Shown piece by piece: positions 16,583-27,277 of a stretch of DNA of 36,408 nt. The position numbers were made by a program, and so were the translations under genes. This DNA is from a virus (lineage: Duplodnaviria; Caudoviricetes), in the IMG/VR virus record IMGVR_UViG_3300020042_011602, positions 1 to 36,408 of that record. The stretch is one strand, 5' to 3'. How positions within the stretch are numbered: the first letter of the stretch is position 1; each line of letters begins with the position of its first letter. The notes below the pieces were generated by a model, which was not told where the DNA came from, made no database searches, and saw nothing but the letters and a program-made list of their open reading frames with translations.

Positions 16583-19500
16583 CTAAAGCAAGCCTTTCTG
16601 CGTTAGGTCTAATATAAATTCATCTACTGTTTTATTTAATTCAGGAACTAAATATTCAGGTCTTACAAGATATGGACCACTTGAATTAGTAGGTCTGAAT
16701 CCTTCCATTAAAATTGTTGAAGCATCATCAATGTATCTTCTCCAAACAAACTTATTTAGATTCCAAGGTGAAGAGGGTGAAGCATCAGTAAATGTAGGAA
16801 CTGGTTTATCTAGATAAATTATTAGTTGATCAGGGATACCAACACTATATACTACGGAAGAAGAAGCTACCATAAATACATATTGGGGTTCTAACCCCAT
16901 AAATCTAAATTCATCTCCGGGTTGAGGCATTCCAGGGTGTACAAAAGGATTAAATCCAGAACCAGGCATTTCTAATTGAGCATATGAAGTAGTTACAGGT
17001 ATATCAAATGCTAAACTTCTATTATTAATACTAATATCCATCCAAATAGCATTTTTATAACCTGCTCCTGAGCCTGATCTCCATAATGAGGTATTAGGAG
17101 TAGATCCTGTTACAAAATCTGCAAAACTTGATGGATCATTTGGATCTTTAAATACTAGAGAACCTGTCCATTTTGCAATTGCTGTAGTTGTATAAGAACC
17201 TGACTGAGTAGTCATTAAAGGAACTATTGTAGTGCCTCCTCTAAGAATATTTCTATATTGAGTGGTTTGTCCTGAGGAGATTGTTCTAGGTTCAATGATT
17301 AATCTTTCCCCAGTTTCAAAAGTCCCTTTATTATCAAAAAGTGAATTTTCAGATACATTTGGAATTACAATAGTCCCATCAGATTTAATTAAATACTGGA
17401 TATGAATTGCGGAGGCATTCATTCTTTCAGGTGGCCATCCTCCAATCCAATCACAATAAGCAACCATAGTTTTTAAATTCTGTGTAGATGGGGTTTTACC
17501 ATATGTTCCTGTATCTCCAAGAGTCCAAGTATTTAAATATTGGTTAGTTGATTTTACACCATTATATCTTGGATTTATAACTCGTTTTGAGGTATAATTT
17601 GAATCTTGGACAGCTGCTTTAAATGCACTTCCACTAATAATTAAATTAAAATTAGTTGGGACTGTAATTCCTGGGTAGTAGGCAACTTCTTCATATATGG
17701 TGCTTAAACGATCTGCATTAATATTATTCATAGTGGGGTTAGAATCACTATAATAAAAATTAGGAATGTCATTAATATATGGATCTAAATATAATGGGGA
17801 ATTTAAATAAATACCTGGGGAGTTAGTATAGGTAGGGTAGTTGACTATTGGAATATGATAAATTGCTTGAGTACCTAAGTTTTGTGATAAATTTATTCTC
17901 CAAACAGAAGGTGAAGTTATCACTATTGAGGTTATTAAGCCCTGTAGAGTAGGTGAATATTGAGTTGTAAATCCATCTACTATAGAGCCACTGATAGTAA
18001 AGTTAACTGTATTTCCAGCTGATAAATTAGATAAAGCAGTTTCAATATTATTTCCATTAAGATCAATTTCATTTATATAAATCGAACTTACATATAAAAA
18101 ATAATTAGATCCATTATATCCTAAAGAAGATTGCCATGTTAAATAACCATTAGGAGGAGTAGTAGATGTTGATCCTGAGGTATTGTAATTTAATAATATG
18201 TTTTGTGGGTTTTTTAAATAATTAGCTTCATTTAATTCACCATTATCTACTTTAATATATGAACCACTAAATTCTCCATCATAAAATTCATCTTGAGCTG
18301 AATGAGATATAGGGATAGAGCCGGATGTAGTCATTATATTTTCTATCCAACTTTGAGTAATATTAAATATGTTATTAGGACCTGTTCCATTTGTTCCTAC
18401 CGGAGATGTTGATAATCCATTAAACATTTCAAACGTACCACCAGTACCACCACTAAAATTTTCTATAGTTCCAGGTTGGAAATTATTCCAAGCAGGGGCT
18501 ATAGTGCCCGAAACTGCAATATTTTGGAATGTTAAAGGAGAATTATTAATTGATCCACTACCTGAGGGAGGATTAGAACCACTAGTATAATAAGCTATAG
18601 TTGAATAGTTATTTACTTTTGGTTGTGGGTATTTATTTCTTTCTAAAATATGTTGTTTAATTACAACTCCAGAAGCAAGACTTGTACGTGCAGGTACAAA
18701 ATCTTTAATCATTTTGAATAATGAATTATCAAAGAATTTGATTAAACGAATGTAATCAACTAAATCATAATTTGAAGTATATTTTTCAAAATAATCATTT
18801 CTTAATTTATCTAAAGCAGGATATGATTCTGCAGATGAAGATCGTAATCTTGGGTCACCAATATATTCTCCAATATTGAAATATCCAATTTGATCCATGA
18901 TGTCTTCATTGATCTCATCTTGTGGAGAAAATGCTACCTCAAGTAAATTAGTATTTGCTGTATAACTAGAACTAACTGCTACATTTTGAGCTAATGATCT
19001 AAATGGAGATAATGTATCACCTGAAGGGTATACTTCATCTTCCAATCTGATTTTGTCAGATACTGCATTTTTAATCCCTACAGCTGGTTGATCATAAAAG
19101 AAATATTCTTTATTAGGATTAAAAGTTGGTGTTGTAAAGAAGGTAAAATTACTGTCTAAATTAAAGGAACTTGTTGTTTCCCAAGAACCAGTAACTTTTG
19201 GATGAATTGAAATTGATCCAGTATATAATTCACCTCCTAAAGGGGCTCTAAATATAAGTTCATTTGGTGTTGAATTTAATGAATTCCCTTGAATTGAATG
19301 AGGGTTCATTATATAATTCTTGATAATATCTTTATCTAAAGCATTTGTATAATATCTAATTTCTTGTAATGATCCTGAGAATGCCTCATATTGATCACCA
19401 TTTATAGTAACTGGACCTTTAGCAAAATTAGAAAGACCACCAGCTACCCATTCATCATGATTTGAAGTTATTGAAGATGATTCAAAGAATCCTATTGAAG

Positions 19501-21784
19501 TTCCATTATCTCCACCCTCATAAACTTTATTTCCTGAGTATAATTCAAAAGTACTATTAGTAGCATCAAATGGATCTCTATTAATTACTACAGACCACCA
19601 ATCTCCATTAAAGAATGGAAGATAAATACTACATGATATTGATGGATTTAATTGTACATTAGGATAAAAATCCAAATATGCATATTGATAATATGGATCA
19701 ACAACTGAACCTAAATAAGGAAGTCCTGCAGGGTTATTTGGGGTTGGTGGATTTAAATTATATCCTGTTCCAGCATATCTTAAATTTAAAAATAAATTAC
19801 TATCATCTGTATTCCATAAACTTTGAGATGCAGGAATACTAGATGTTGGTAATCCATTAGTTTTAAATCTAAGTGCTACTGAATTGGGGAGATTATCTAA
19901 TGAATCCCATGAAGGATTTATAGGTCCAAATATAGAGGATATGTAATTACTTCCTGTAGTATAAAAGGTATAATTAAATGTATTTTGCCAATAATCCCAA
20001 TCGTTTTGAATTGCTCTATCTTTCCCCCCATATTCATTAATTCTTAATACCGTATCAGGAATACCATATGAAGTAATAAGTGTGCGCAGAGCGGGTAATG
20101 TACCTTTTGCCTTCAATAAGTACGGTATGTTATGATAAATACGTTTGTATAGCGACTTATTTACGTCGTCTAACGGTATATAATCATTAGAAGCAGATAT
20201 TAAAGTATCAACATATTCAAATCCTGTTGGAGTTGGGAGTGATCCAGTAATATTAGGGAATGGGAAAAGAGCACCTTCAGGAGTTAAACCTAAGAATGCA
20301 GTATATAAATCCTCATTTGAGAAATTATTTTGATATAATTTAATTCCAAAATCACGAATAGCATCTGCTACTATATCTTTTGAAACACCATTTTCTAAAC
20401 GGTTATCAGCATTATATTTTTCAGTAACATCTTTATAATAAATCCAAATATTATCATAAAATTGACCTACCATTTCAACAAATAATTGATATGGTTCGTT
20501 TGCCGGATCTTCTCTTAAGTATTCTGGGATGGAATAGTAGAGATTATTTGGGTTATTATTATCAAAAATGGAAGCAGATAATATAACACCTCCATAGTAT
20601 GGACTAAATTCATTATCACTACCATACCAAGTTAATACTTCAGGGCTACCTATTGGATATAAAGTATATGGTGGTTGGGAAGTTGATTTAGGCCAAGCTC
20701 CCGACCCACTTGTATAATATAAATAATAATCATATCCGTCAAAATTAGTTATAATATTATTTATTTTAGCTTCATATATTGCTATACTAGCACTTGGATT
20801 ATTATTTGTTGTATTATTTAAAGTAGCAATAGATGAAGAATAATCTTCTAATAAACTAACTTTATAATAAAAATTTTCAAGACGGGTTTGGATTGAACTA
20901 AAGTGAGTAAATTGATTAAAATCAGTATAATCTATATTGATATCAATTTCTTTTTCTTCAAGTAAACTACTTAATTGATTGAAGGAGCTTGTTAAAGAAG
21001 TAGCGGTAAGTTGAGTATAATCGTAAGATAATGTTGAATTATTAATCTGGTCTTTGATGTCTAGATTAAAATTAGGGCCTTTAGTAGGAACAGTATCTAA
21101 AATTATAATAGGAGTATCTTCAAAAGTAACTTGATAAGCTGTTGATTCTTCAAATAAAGTTACAACCCATAATGTAGAATTTAAATCAAATTGATCCGGT
21201 AACGCTTCATATAATTTAATTAATATGGTTGGGTTATTAGGATCTTGATCATCTAATTGAATATTATTGGCAATAGGTAATTGATTATCTCCAAAATTAA
21301 GATAAAAATCTAAAAAGTAAAGACTATTTTCTCTTTGTAAAATTAAATTATTAGCTTGCTCAACTATATCTGCATTAGTTAAAGATGTACTATCTAATCT
21401 AATCTCAGTTCTATCTGAGGAAATTTCACTAATGTAAAGTTGTTGGACTTCTGATCCAATTTGTTTATTAAAGAAATTATAATAGGTAATATATTGTCCT
21501 TGATCATATCCTAAATTAATAAGATTTTCTTCAGGATTAATTTCTATTTGAGATATATCATCATTTGAACCTGGGGACTGACCATTGTCTAGAACTGTAT
21601 ATTGGGAGAAGTTATATTGGGAAGATAATATATTTTGGTTATTATCATATATAAAAAACTCAATATAACTTGATGATGATAGGAAAGTGGTAACATCAAA
21701 AGTTGATATTAGGTTAACATCTTGCTCCCCATATGTTTGAGAAGTAAAGTCGTTAGCGTTTAATAATATAATTTCTGCGGCCAT
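16583..21784 (-). CDS. Large baseplate wedge/structural protein (1733 aa)
   Basis: SIPEYL...FVEMVG and YLLKAKGT...LITSYG (gp7/gpI-like), LamG-like beta region. Confidence 0.8.
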   Translation of the reverse strand: MAAEIILLNANDFTSQTYGEQDVNLISTFDVTTFLSSSSYIEFFIYDNNQNILSSQYNFSQYTVLDNGQSPGSNDDISQIEINPEENLINLGYDQGQYITYYNFFNKQIGSEVQQLYISEISSDRTEIRLDSTSLTNADIVEQANNLILQRENSLYFLDFYLNFGDNQLPIANNIQLDDQDPNNPTILIKLYEALPDQFDLNSTLWVVTLFEESTAYQVTFEDTPIIILDTVPTKGPNFNLDIKDQINNSTLSYDYTQLTATSLTSSFNQLSSLLEEKEIDINIDYTDFNQFTHFSSIQTRLENFYYKVSLLEDYSSSIATLNNTTNNNPSASIAIYEAKINNIITNFDGYDYYLYYTSGSGAWPKSTSQPPYTLYPIGSPEVLTWYGSDNEFSPYYGGVILSASIFDNNNPNNLYYSIPEYLREDPANEPYQLFVEMVGQFYDNIWIYYKDVTEKYNADNRLENGVSKDIVADAIRDFGIKLYQNNFSNEDLYTAFLGLTPEGALFPFPNITGSLPTPTGFEYVDTLISASNDYIPLDDVNKSLYKRIYHNIPYLLKAKGTLPALRTLITSYGIPDTVLRINEYGGKDRAIQNDWDYWQNTFNYTFYTTGSNYISSIFGPINPSWDSLDNLPNSVALRFKTNGLPTSSIPASQSLWNTDDSNLFLNLRYAGTGYNLNPPTPNNPAGLPYLGSVVDPYYQYAYLDFYPNVQLNPSISCSIYLPFFNGDWWSVVINRDPFDATNSTFELYSGNKVYEGGDNGTSIGFFESSSITSNHDEWVAGGLSNFAKGPVTINGDQYEAFSGSLQEIRYYTNALDKDIIKNYIMNPHSIQGNSLNSTPNELIFRAPLGGELYTGSISIHPKVTGSWETTSSFNLDSNFTFFTTPTFNPNKEYFFYDQPAVGIKNAVSDKIRLEDEVYPSGDTLSPFRSLAQNVAVSSSYTANTNLLEVAFSPQDEINEDIMDQIGYFNIGEYIGDPRLRSSSAESYPALDKLRNDYFEKYTSNYDLVDYIRLIKFFDNSLFKMIKDFVPARTSLASGVVIKQHILERNKYPQPKVNNYSTIAYYTSGSNPPSGSGSINNSPLTFQNIAVSGTIAPAWNNFQPGTIENFSGGTGGTFEMFNGLSTSPVGTNGTGPNNIFNITQSWIENIMTTSGSIPISHSAQDEFYDGEFSGSYIKVDNGELNEANYLKNPQNILLNYNTSGSTSTTPPNGYLTWQSSLGYNGSNYFLYVSSIYINEIDLNGNNIETALSNLSAGNTVNFTISGSIVDGFTTQYSPTLQGLITSIVITSPSVWRINLSQNLGTQAIYHIPIVNYPTYTNSPGIYLNSPLYLDPYINDIPNFYYSDSNPTMNNINADRLSTIYEEVAYYPGITVPTNFNLIISGSAFKAAVQDSNYTSKRVINPRYNGVKSTNQYLNTWTLGDTGTYGKTPSTQNLKTMVAYCDWIGGWPPERMNASAIHIQYLIKSDGTIVIPNVSENSLFDNKGTFETGERLIIEPRTISSGQTTQYRNILRGGTTIVPLMTTQSGSYTTTAIAKWTGSLVFKDPNDPSSFADFVTGSTPNTSLWRSGSGAGYKNAIWMDISINNRSLAFDIPVTTSYAQLEMPGSGFNPFVHPGMPQPGDEFRFMGLEPQYVFMVASSSVVYSVGIPDQLIIYLDKPVPTFTDASPSSPWNLNKFVWRRYIDDASTILMEGFRPTNSSGPYLVRPEYLVPELNKTVDEFILDLTQKGLL

Positions 21785-22134
21785 TATAATGTTGTTCCTG
21801 TTTGTAATGATATAACTTGTTTTTGAGAATCAAGTAACTCTGTTCTTAATTGAGCAATTTCAGCTTGCAATGCTAAAATTTCTTCTTGATTGGCCTCAAA
21901 ACCAATATATTCACTACTAGTTTTAATTAAATATTCATGTGAATTAGTTGCTCCTAATTCTGGTATATTATAGAATAAATCATTATACATTGAAAAAAAT
22001 TCTTCTGTATTTGGTTGAGCGGCAATTTGATCTTGAATAGATACTACCCCCAATTGTTTGAAAGAGGTATCTATAACTTTGGAGTATTGCTCTTTGTTAT
22101 ATACTTGTTTATTAAAGTTTATATTTTCACTCAT
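21784..22134 (-). CDS. Hypothetical structural-module protein with C-terminal coiled coil
   Basis: 116 aa, translationally coupled. Confidence 0.8.
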   Translation of the reverse strand: MSENINFNKQVYNKEQYSKVIDTSFKQLGVVSIQDQIAAQPNTEEFFSMYNDLFYNIPELGATNSHEYLIKTSSEYIGFEANQEEILALQAEIAQLRTELLDSQKQVISLQTGTTL

Positions 22135-23333
22135 TATCCATTAATAACTTTAAAGTAGTAACTATCGTCAAATACAATAGTGGAACCTTTAATTGTTGTT
22201 TTTATTAAAATTTTATAATATCTTTCAGGTTCTAATCCACTCATGTAGATATCAAAATAATTTCCTTCTTCGTTAGAACTGATTTGTGTATAATTGTCGT
22301 CGAAATTAATAACGTATTCGTTGGTAGCCAAGTCTTTTATAGCATAGTATGAAGAAGTTGGAAGATAATTTAAACCAGTGAATAAAGAAGATGTTTGATA
22401 TGTTTGTTTTGGATATAAAGGACTTACATTTACATAAAATCTATTTACACTTTCTGGGAAGAAAACACCTGGGTTTTCTGAAAGAGACATTTTAATGTTG
22501 GAAGTAGTGACTATTTTACTAGATGCCGATCCAGTTAAGACTGTTTGGTAATCTCTCCATCTAAATTCTAAAGTTGGAGGGTATATGGTATTTGTATCAA
22601 CGCTATAATATTTAAATATAGGTTGAACGAATTCACTTGAATTAAATTCTTGTGAACCTGTAAGTTTAATTATAAATCCATAGTTTGGAATAGATTCTCC
22701 TATCCAAGCATTTACAATGTTGGTTACATTAGCTTCAATATCTTTATGGCTTCTTAAACCAAAAGATACATTAACAGATCCAGTGTTATAAGCTGTAGCT
22801 ATATATCCGGGGATTACATATCCTATTGTTACATAGTAACTTCCACTAGCATCAACGAACCAGTTTCCACCACCTGAACCTCCACAAACACTACTAAATG
22901 AGCTAGTATAAAAAGCATCCCCATTAGGACCTGAGTAAGTCCCTGCAGGACTCCAAGGACCAGATCCACTGTAATTAGCATATGTCCATGATGCACCATC
23001 CTGTTCTGGGGGGTTATCTCCGTAATATCCAGTACCATTGTTCCAAGCTTGGGCTATTGGTTGGAGTTCTAGAAAAGTATTTTGGTTAAGTCCTTGAGCT
23101 TCAGCAATAAAGTTTCTAAAATATACTTCAAATGAATTGATTCCTATTTTATTAGAATAGATATCAATAATTTCTTCTTGGTCAAACTGAATTAGGTATC
23201 TAGCTACTTCTGGGTCTCCGGAGAATCCAATTTTGTTAGATACTTCTAATATAGCATCTAACCCAGTATTTGCTGTTGGATTTGAACAATATAAAGTTGT
23301 ATCCTGCGTTGGGAATATTTTATATACAGCCAT
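22134..23333 (-). CDS. Virion structural protein (DNRLRE-like beta domain)
   Basis: DTTLY...ARYLIQFD...VTNIVNAW...NYGFIIK...PTLEFRW pattern. Confidence 0.7.
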   Translation of the reverse strand: MAVYKIFPTQDTTLYCSNPTANTGLDAILEVSNKIGFSGDPEVARYLIQFDQEEIIDIYSNKIGINSFEVYFRNFIAEAQGLNQNTFLELQPIAQAWNNGTGYYGDNPPEQDGASWTYANYSGSGPWSPAGTYSGPNGDAFYTSSFSSVCGGSGGGNWFVDASGSYYVTIGYVIPGYIATAYNTGSVNVSFGLRSHKDIEANVTNIVNAWIGESIPNYGFIIKLTGSQEFNSSEFVQPIFKYYSVDTNTIYPPTLEFRWRDYQTVLTGSASSKIVTTSNIKMSLSENPGVFFPESVNRFYVNVSPLYPKQTYQTSSLFTGLNYLPTSSYYAIKDLATNEYVINFDDNYTQISSNEEGNYFDIYMSGLEPERYYKILIKTTIKGSTIVFDDSYYFKVING

Positions 23334-23359
23334 TAATGTATTTTATTATAAATATGGCG

Positions 23360-25204
23360 TTATAAAGGAACTACTTTACCTTTAATATCAGTATTAGGAT
23401 ATTTAACTTCAAAAATACTAGGATCTAAAGAAGGATAAATTACTTGATTTTGAGTAGCTCCAGTTATGTCATAGGCATATTGTGAATATCCTGATGTGGT
23501 TCCTGCTTTATTTGAGAGAGAAATTGATTTTACAGTTTGTACTCCTTTAATTTTATCTAATAAGATGTATAGATCTCTTAAAAATATTGGTTGGTTAATT
23601 TGCCAGTTACTTAAATTAAAATATGCTTGTAAAGCAGTAATACATGCTAATAAAACTTCATTATTATTATATTCAGGTAATACTATAATTTCAAAATCAA
23701 CTCCAATATTGATAACAAAAGCATCTCTAACTTCAATATTATCACCAATCATTCTATATTGGGATAAATAAGTTCTTAAATTATTTTTTAAAGTGTCAGT
23801 AGCAATACTTAATTGACCTAAAGAATTTAAAGATAAAACATATAAATTTAATGTTTCAATTGTTGATACTTGATTATCTGTTAATTTAGGTTGTTCAATA
23901 AATGATTTAGAAACCGTACCATAATCAGAAGGCATACTTAAAGCTCTAATTAAATAGTCATCTGCTGTAACTGATCGTTTTTGAGATGCTACAAGGGCTA
24001 ATGTATTTTGGCGGATTTCCTCTAATGTATCTCCACCTCTACCTCCAGAAGCTGCTACTAAATTATTAGAAGATAATGAATTAAAAACATAATTTGCTAG
24101 TGTAGGGTCTAAATTATTGTTATTAAAATTTGTATTATCCGTATTTAAATTAATTAATGTATTAGAATCTATATTAGATCCAACTCCACCACCTGTTAAA
24201 TATCTTACTGTTAAAGTAGTATTTGCCGGTGAAATACCATATGTGTTTGTAAATAAAAAGTTTGTAGGTGAATATGCTACTGTTAATTTATCTTGTTCAA
24301 ATGGTAATCCAATACCTACATTATCGGCATTTGGGGTAATTTCCTCAGTAACTGTAGTTGGTGTACCTGCTCCAAACTGGAGTTGTAAATTTGAAAGTGA
24401 AGTAAATCTAGTTGCAAATCGACGAGCTACTTTTTTAAGTCTTAATAAATATGGAATATCGCCACTTAAGTTAGGATCATTTACATTAGTATTTTTAATA
24501 GTATCTAATACCATTTCTTGACCTAAATGATCTACTTCATACCATTTATTACCATCAGAATCAGTAACATCTAGTACTTTAATAATACTATTTGCATTAA
24601 TATTAACGGTTTGATATTGTTGTGGAGCTCCAAAATTAAATGTTGTTGAAGCAATATTTGCAGAAATAGCTTTTCTACTTTTCTTTAAAAGAAAATATTG
24701 AGGAATATTACCCGCAATTTGATATACAGAAATTTCTGTTGGGTCTAATGAGCTAGAAAAGGAAAAATCTACTTTATCTTGAATCAAAAATGAAGAACCA
24801 TTTTGAGAAGTTACAGTTGTATTTTCACCTATAGTAATAGAATAACTGAAATCGGGGATATAATTACCAGCACCATCATTAATAGAAGGTAATTGTTGAT
24901 AAAAATCAACTACTGTTTGAGCTACACCTGTTGTTTTTGGTTTATAACCAAACATATATGCTAACTCAAATACATTATTTGTTTGTTGAGCATATTGAAC
25001 AAATGTTTCTTGGAATTGGTTATCCAAATAGAATGATAAAACATCTCCAACATATGAAGCTTGTTCCATAAACATCATCCCTGGGGATGTTGCTGAAAAG
25101 TCAGTATATGTTTGGGGGAAATATGTTCTAGCATATTCTATTAAACGTGCTCTAAAATCTGAAAAGTCACGGTTAATGTATTTTATATCTCTATTTGTAG
25201 CCAT
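23360..25204 (-). CDS. Baseplate wedge protein (T4 gp6 / baseplate J-like)
   Basis: DFSDFR...YTDFS...LSFYLD, FGAG, YLTGGG, GG..D..EEIR...Q.R.VTADDY. Confidence 0.9.
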   Translation of the reverse strand: MATNRDIKYINRDFSDFRARLIEYARTYFPQTYTDFSATSPGMMFMEQASYVGDVLSFYLDNQFQETFVQYAQQTNNVFELAYMFGYKPKTTGVAQTVVDFYQQLPSINDGAGNYIPDFSYSITIGENTTVTSQNGSSFLIQDKVDFSFSSSLDPTEISVYQIAGNIPQYFLLKKSRKAISANIASTTFNFGAPQQYQTVNINANSIIKVLDVTDSDGNKWYEVDHLGQEMVLDTIKNTNVNDPNLSGDIPYLLRLKKVARRFATRFTSLSNLQLQFGAGTPTTVTEEITPNADNVGIGLPFEQDKLTVAYSPTNFLFTNTYGISPANTTLTVRYLTGGGVGSNIDSNTLINLNTDNTNFNNNNLDPTLANYVFNSLSSNNLVAASGGRGGDTLEEIRQNTLALVASQKRSVTADDYLIRALSMPSDYGTVSKSFIEQPKLTDNQVSTIETLNLYVLSLNSLGQLSIATDTLKNNLRTYLSQYRMIGDNIEVRDAFVINIGVDFEIIVLPEYNNNEVLLACITALQAYFNLSNWQINQPIFLRDLYILLDKIKGVQTVKSISLSNKAGTTSGYSQYAYDITGATQNQVIYPSLDPSIFEVKYPNTDIKGKVVPL

Positions 25205-25205
25205 C

Positions 25206-25610
25206 TTAGAATTGAAGTGTTATAGTGTCTTGTGTGTTAGAATTAAGTATATAGTACTTTAATTCAACTATTAATGAATTATTATCATCATTTCTTAAAA
25301 CATTTAATGAACTTATTCCAACTGAGGGGAAGAAGTTTTTGAGTTTAAGCTCAATATTTTCTTTTAAACCATTTATATTTTCTTCTTCAATTTGAGAGAA
25401 AATGAAATTTCGTAATCCACCCCCAAATGTTGGGTTCATTGGTATTTCTCCTGGGTTAATGAGAAAAAAATTAATTATGTTATTTTTTATAGCTTGAGCT
25501 GTAGTATAACTTGAAGTAAAAACAGCAGGTCCACTAAATGGAAGGTTCACTCCAACAGCTACGTTTGGATTTAAATCAACGGGGTTTATCTGTTGGGGAT
25601 TAAATGCCAT
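25206..25610 (-). CDS. Baseplate wedge subunit, gp25-like
   Basis: IKNNIINFFLINPGEIPMNPTFGGGL motif. Confidence 0.9.
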   Translation of the reverse strand: MAFNPQQINPVDLNPNVAVGVNLPFSGPAVFTSSYTTAQAIKNNIINFFLINPGEIPMNPTFGGGLRNFIFSQIEEENINGLKENIELKLKNFFPSVGISSLNVLRNDDNNSLIVELKYYILNSNTQDTITLQF

Positions 25611-25957
25611 TATTTAGTGTTTAAAAGTCCCATAATTTGATCCATACCTAATTCACCTGCCCCTAAGTTGCCATTTACCGGATCACTTGATTGCGGTCTA
25701 AATGGTTGAGTAATATCATTTGTGGTAAAACTCATCGCTGTTTCTCCTAGTACATCAGCATATTTTGATCTCAACTCCATTGTGGGTTGAGTAAAAGTTG
25801 GATTGACTGTAGGTTGAACAGGGACAGTTGGTGAAAATGATTCTCTAACTACTTGTTTAGGGGATCTTACTGCTTCCAATAAAATATCCTTCAACTCTTC
25901 TTGAATTGCTTCTCTTACGGCTTCTTTAATAATTTTTTTAAAATCTGTGCTTTTCAT
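25610..25957 (-). CDS. Hypothetical protein with KKIIKEAVREAIQEE leader
   Basis: 115 aa; late motif at 25963. Confidence 0.8.
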   Translation of the reverse strand: MKSTDFKKIIKEAVREAIQEELKDILLEAVRSPKQVVRESFSPTVPVQPTVNPTFTQPTMELRSKYADVLGETAMSFTTNDITQPFRPQSSDPVNGNLGAGELGMDQIMGLLNTK

Positions 25958-25975
25958 ATAATTATAAATATTTGG

Positions 25976-27277
25976 TTAATCTGCTTTTAAATTATTTTGT
26001 TGAATATAGAATACAAGCTCATCTATTAATATCTGATCTATTGAGCTAAATGACCAATTTCCTTGTAACATTACTATATTTTGTTTATTTACAGCTATAG
26101 CTCGTCTACGTTTTAATGGTTTATCTGTCACCTCAGTTTCAACCTTCATTGTAAATCCATATGCATTTATAACTACTGGTGAGGTTTGGGTAGTTTGTTG
26201 GGTTGTTAGAGCTGTTAATTCTCTGGATATTTGTTCTTGGGCTGTATTTGGATAACAAAATTGTGTTAAAAGATCTAATAAATTTAAAAAATCAAGAATT
26301 TGAGCTAAAACAATTCTTAATAAAGTTAAAATAGCTAAAGTGGTTGAATTAATATAAAGTAATTTTTCTACTAAAGTATCTAACTTTTTAAGAGCATCTT
26401 GCACACCAGTAATTACATTTAATGGTATTCCAACACCTAAAACGGCTACTGGGGTTGGGAGTTGGCGGAGGATTTTAATTGTATCGGATGTAAATCCTAA
26501 TATTTTTTCGGATTCAGCTAAAGTATCTGTTGTATTAGTAATTATAGTAAGAGTACTATTAAGTTTTTTAACAAGTTTATTTTTAGTAGCTATTAATTTA
26601 TCTATTTCATTTTGTGGTGGACACGTTATTATATCCTTTATTGCGTCAAAAGCAGCCTGTGGATCCGTTTCTGCTTTCTCTAATAATTTTTTTACTTCAC
26701 TAATACCATATGCTGCTATTAAACTTAATACTAATGGTATAACTATACTCTTTAAATCATCTATAGATGTATTAAGCTTTTTTTGGGCTCTAAAATCTAT
26801 AGTAACATCTTTAGTAGCATAATCTTCTACTGTTGATGGGGGAAATTTTAAAAGATCTAATATTTCTTTTTTAAGGTTAGATTCTGTAGGGGTAATTGTA
26901 ATAATTCCTAAATTAGGTTTAATATCCCCAACAGATGTATATGGAATAACAGTAGTAGGAGAGTATTTTTTTAATTTAAAATTTAATGGAAATTTTGCAG
27001 GATCTAATCCTGTGCCTCCTATTGCTGGGTGTTTGATTGTAAATTCACCTTTTTTATTGGTTGTATCTCTTTTTAAAAGAGCATTAGTAACTTTTACTCC
27101 AGGTAAAGGTTCATTAGTAATAGAATTAACTACTACCCCTTTAATAGTTTCAAGTTTTATTTTTTTAGGAAAAGGTGGAAGTGAACCAGATGGAGGAGCT
27201 TGGGGTAATGATATCCCTACTAAAGATAAAACCTCTTGTAAATCGATTTCAATTGAACTTGTTACTTCTGAAGCCAT
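25976..27277 (-). CDS. Protein with carboxypeptidase-regulatory-like beta domain and long helical region
   Basis: IKGVVVNSITNEPLPGVKV...TTNKKGEFTI; hydrophobic helices downstream. Confidence 0.75.
   Translation of the reverse strand: MASEVTSSIEIDLQEVLSLVGISLPQAPPSGSLPPFPKKIKLETIKGVVVNSITNEPLPGVKVTNALLKRDTTNKKGEFTIKHPAIGGTGLDPAKFPLNFKLKKYSPTTVIPYTSVGDIKPNLGIITITPTESNLKKEILDLLKFPPSTVEDYATKDVTIDFRAQKKLNTSIDDLKSIVIPLVLSLIAAYGISEVKKLLEKAETDPQAAFDAIKDIITCPPQNEIDKLIATKNKLVKKLNSTLTIITNTTDTLAESEKILGFTSDTIKILRQLPTPVAVLGVGIPLNVITGVQDALKKLDTLVEKLLYINSTTLAILTLLRIVLAQILDFLNLLDLLTQFCYPNTAQEQISRELTALTTQQTTQTSPVVINAYGFTMKVETEVTDKPLKRRRAIAVNKQNIVMLQGNWSFSSIDQILIDELVFYIQQNNLKAD

Noticed and set aside
8486-23038. 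Nested minus-strand ORFs 8486..8677 and 22829..23038
   Set aside because: Out-of-frame inside longer, motif-bearing genes
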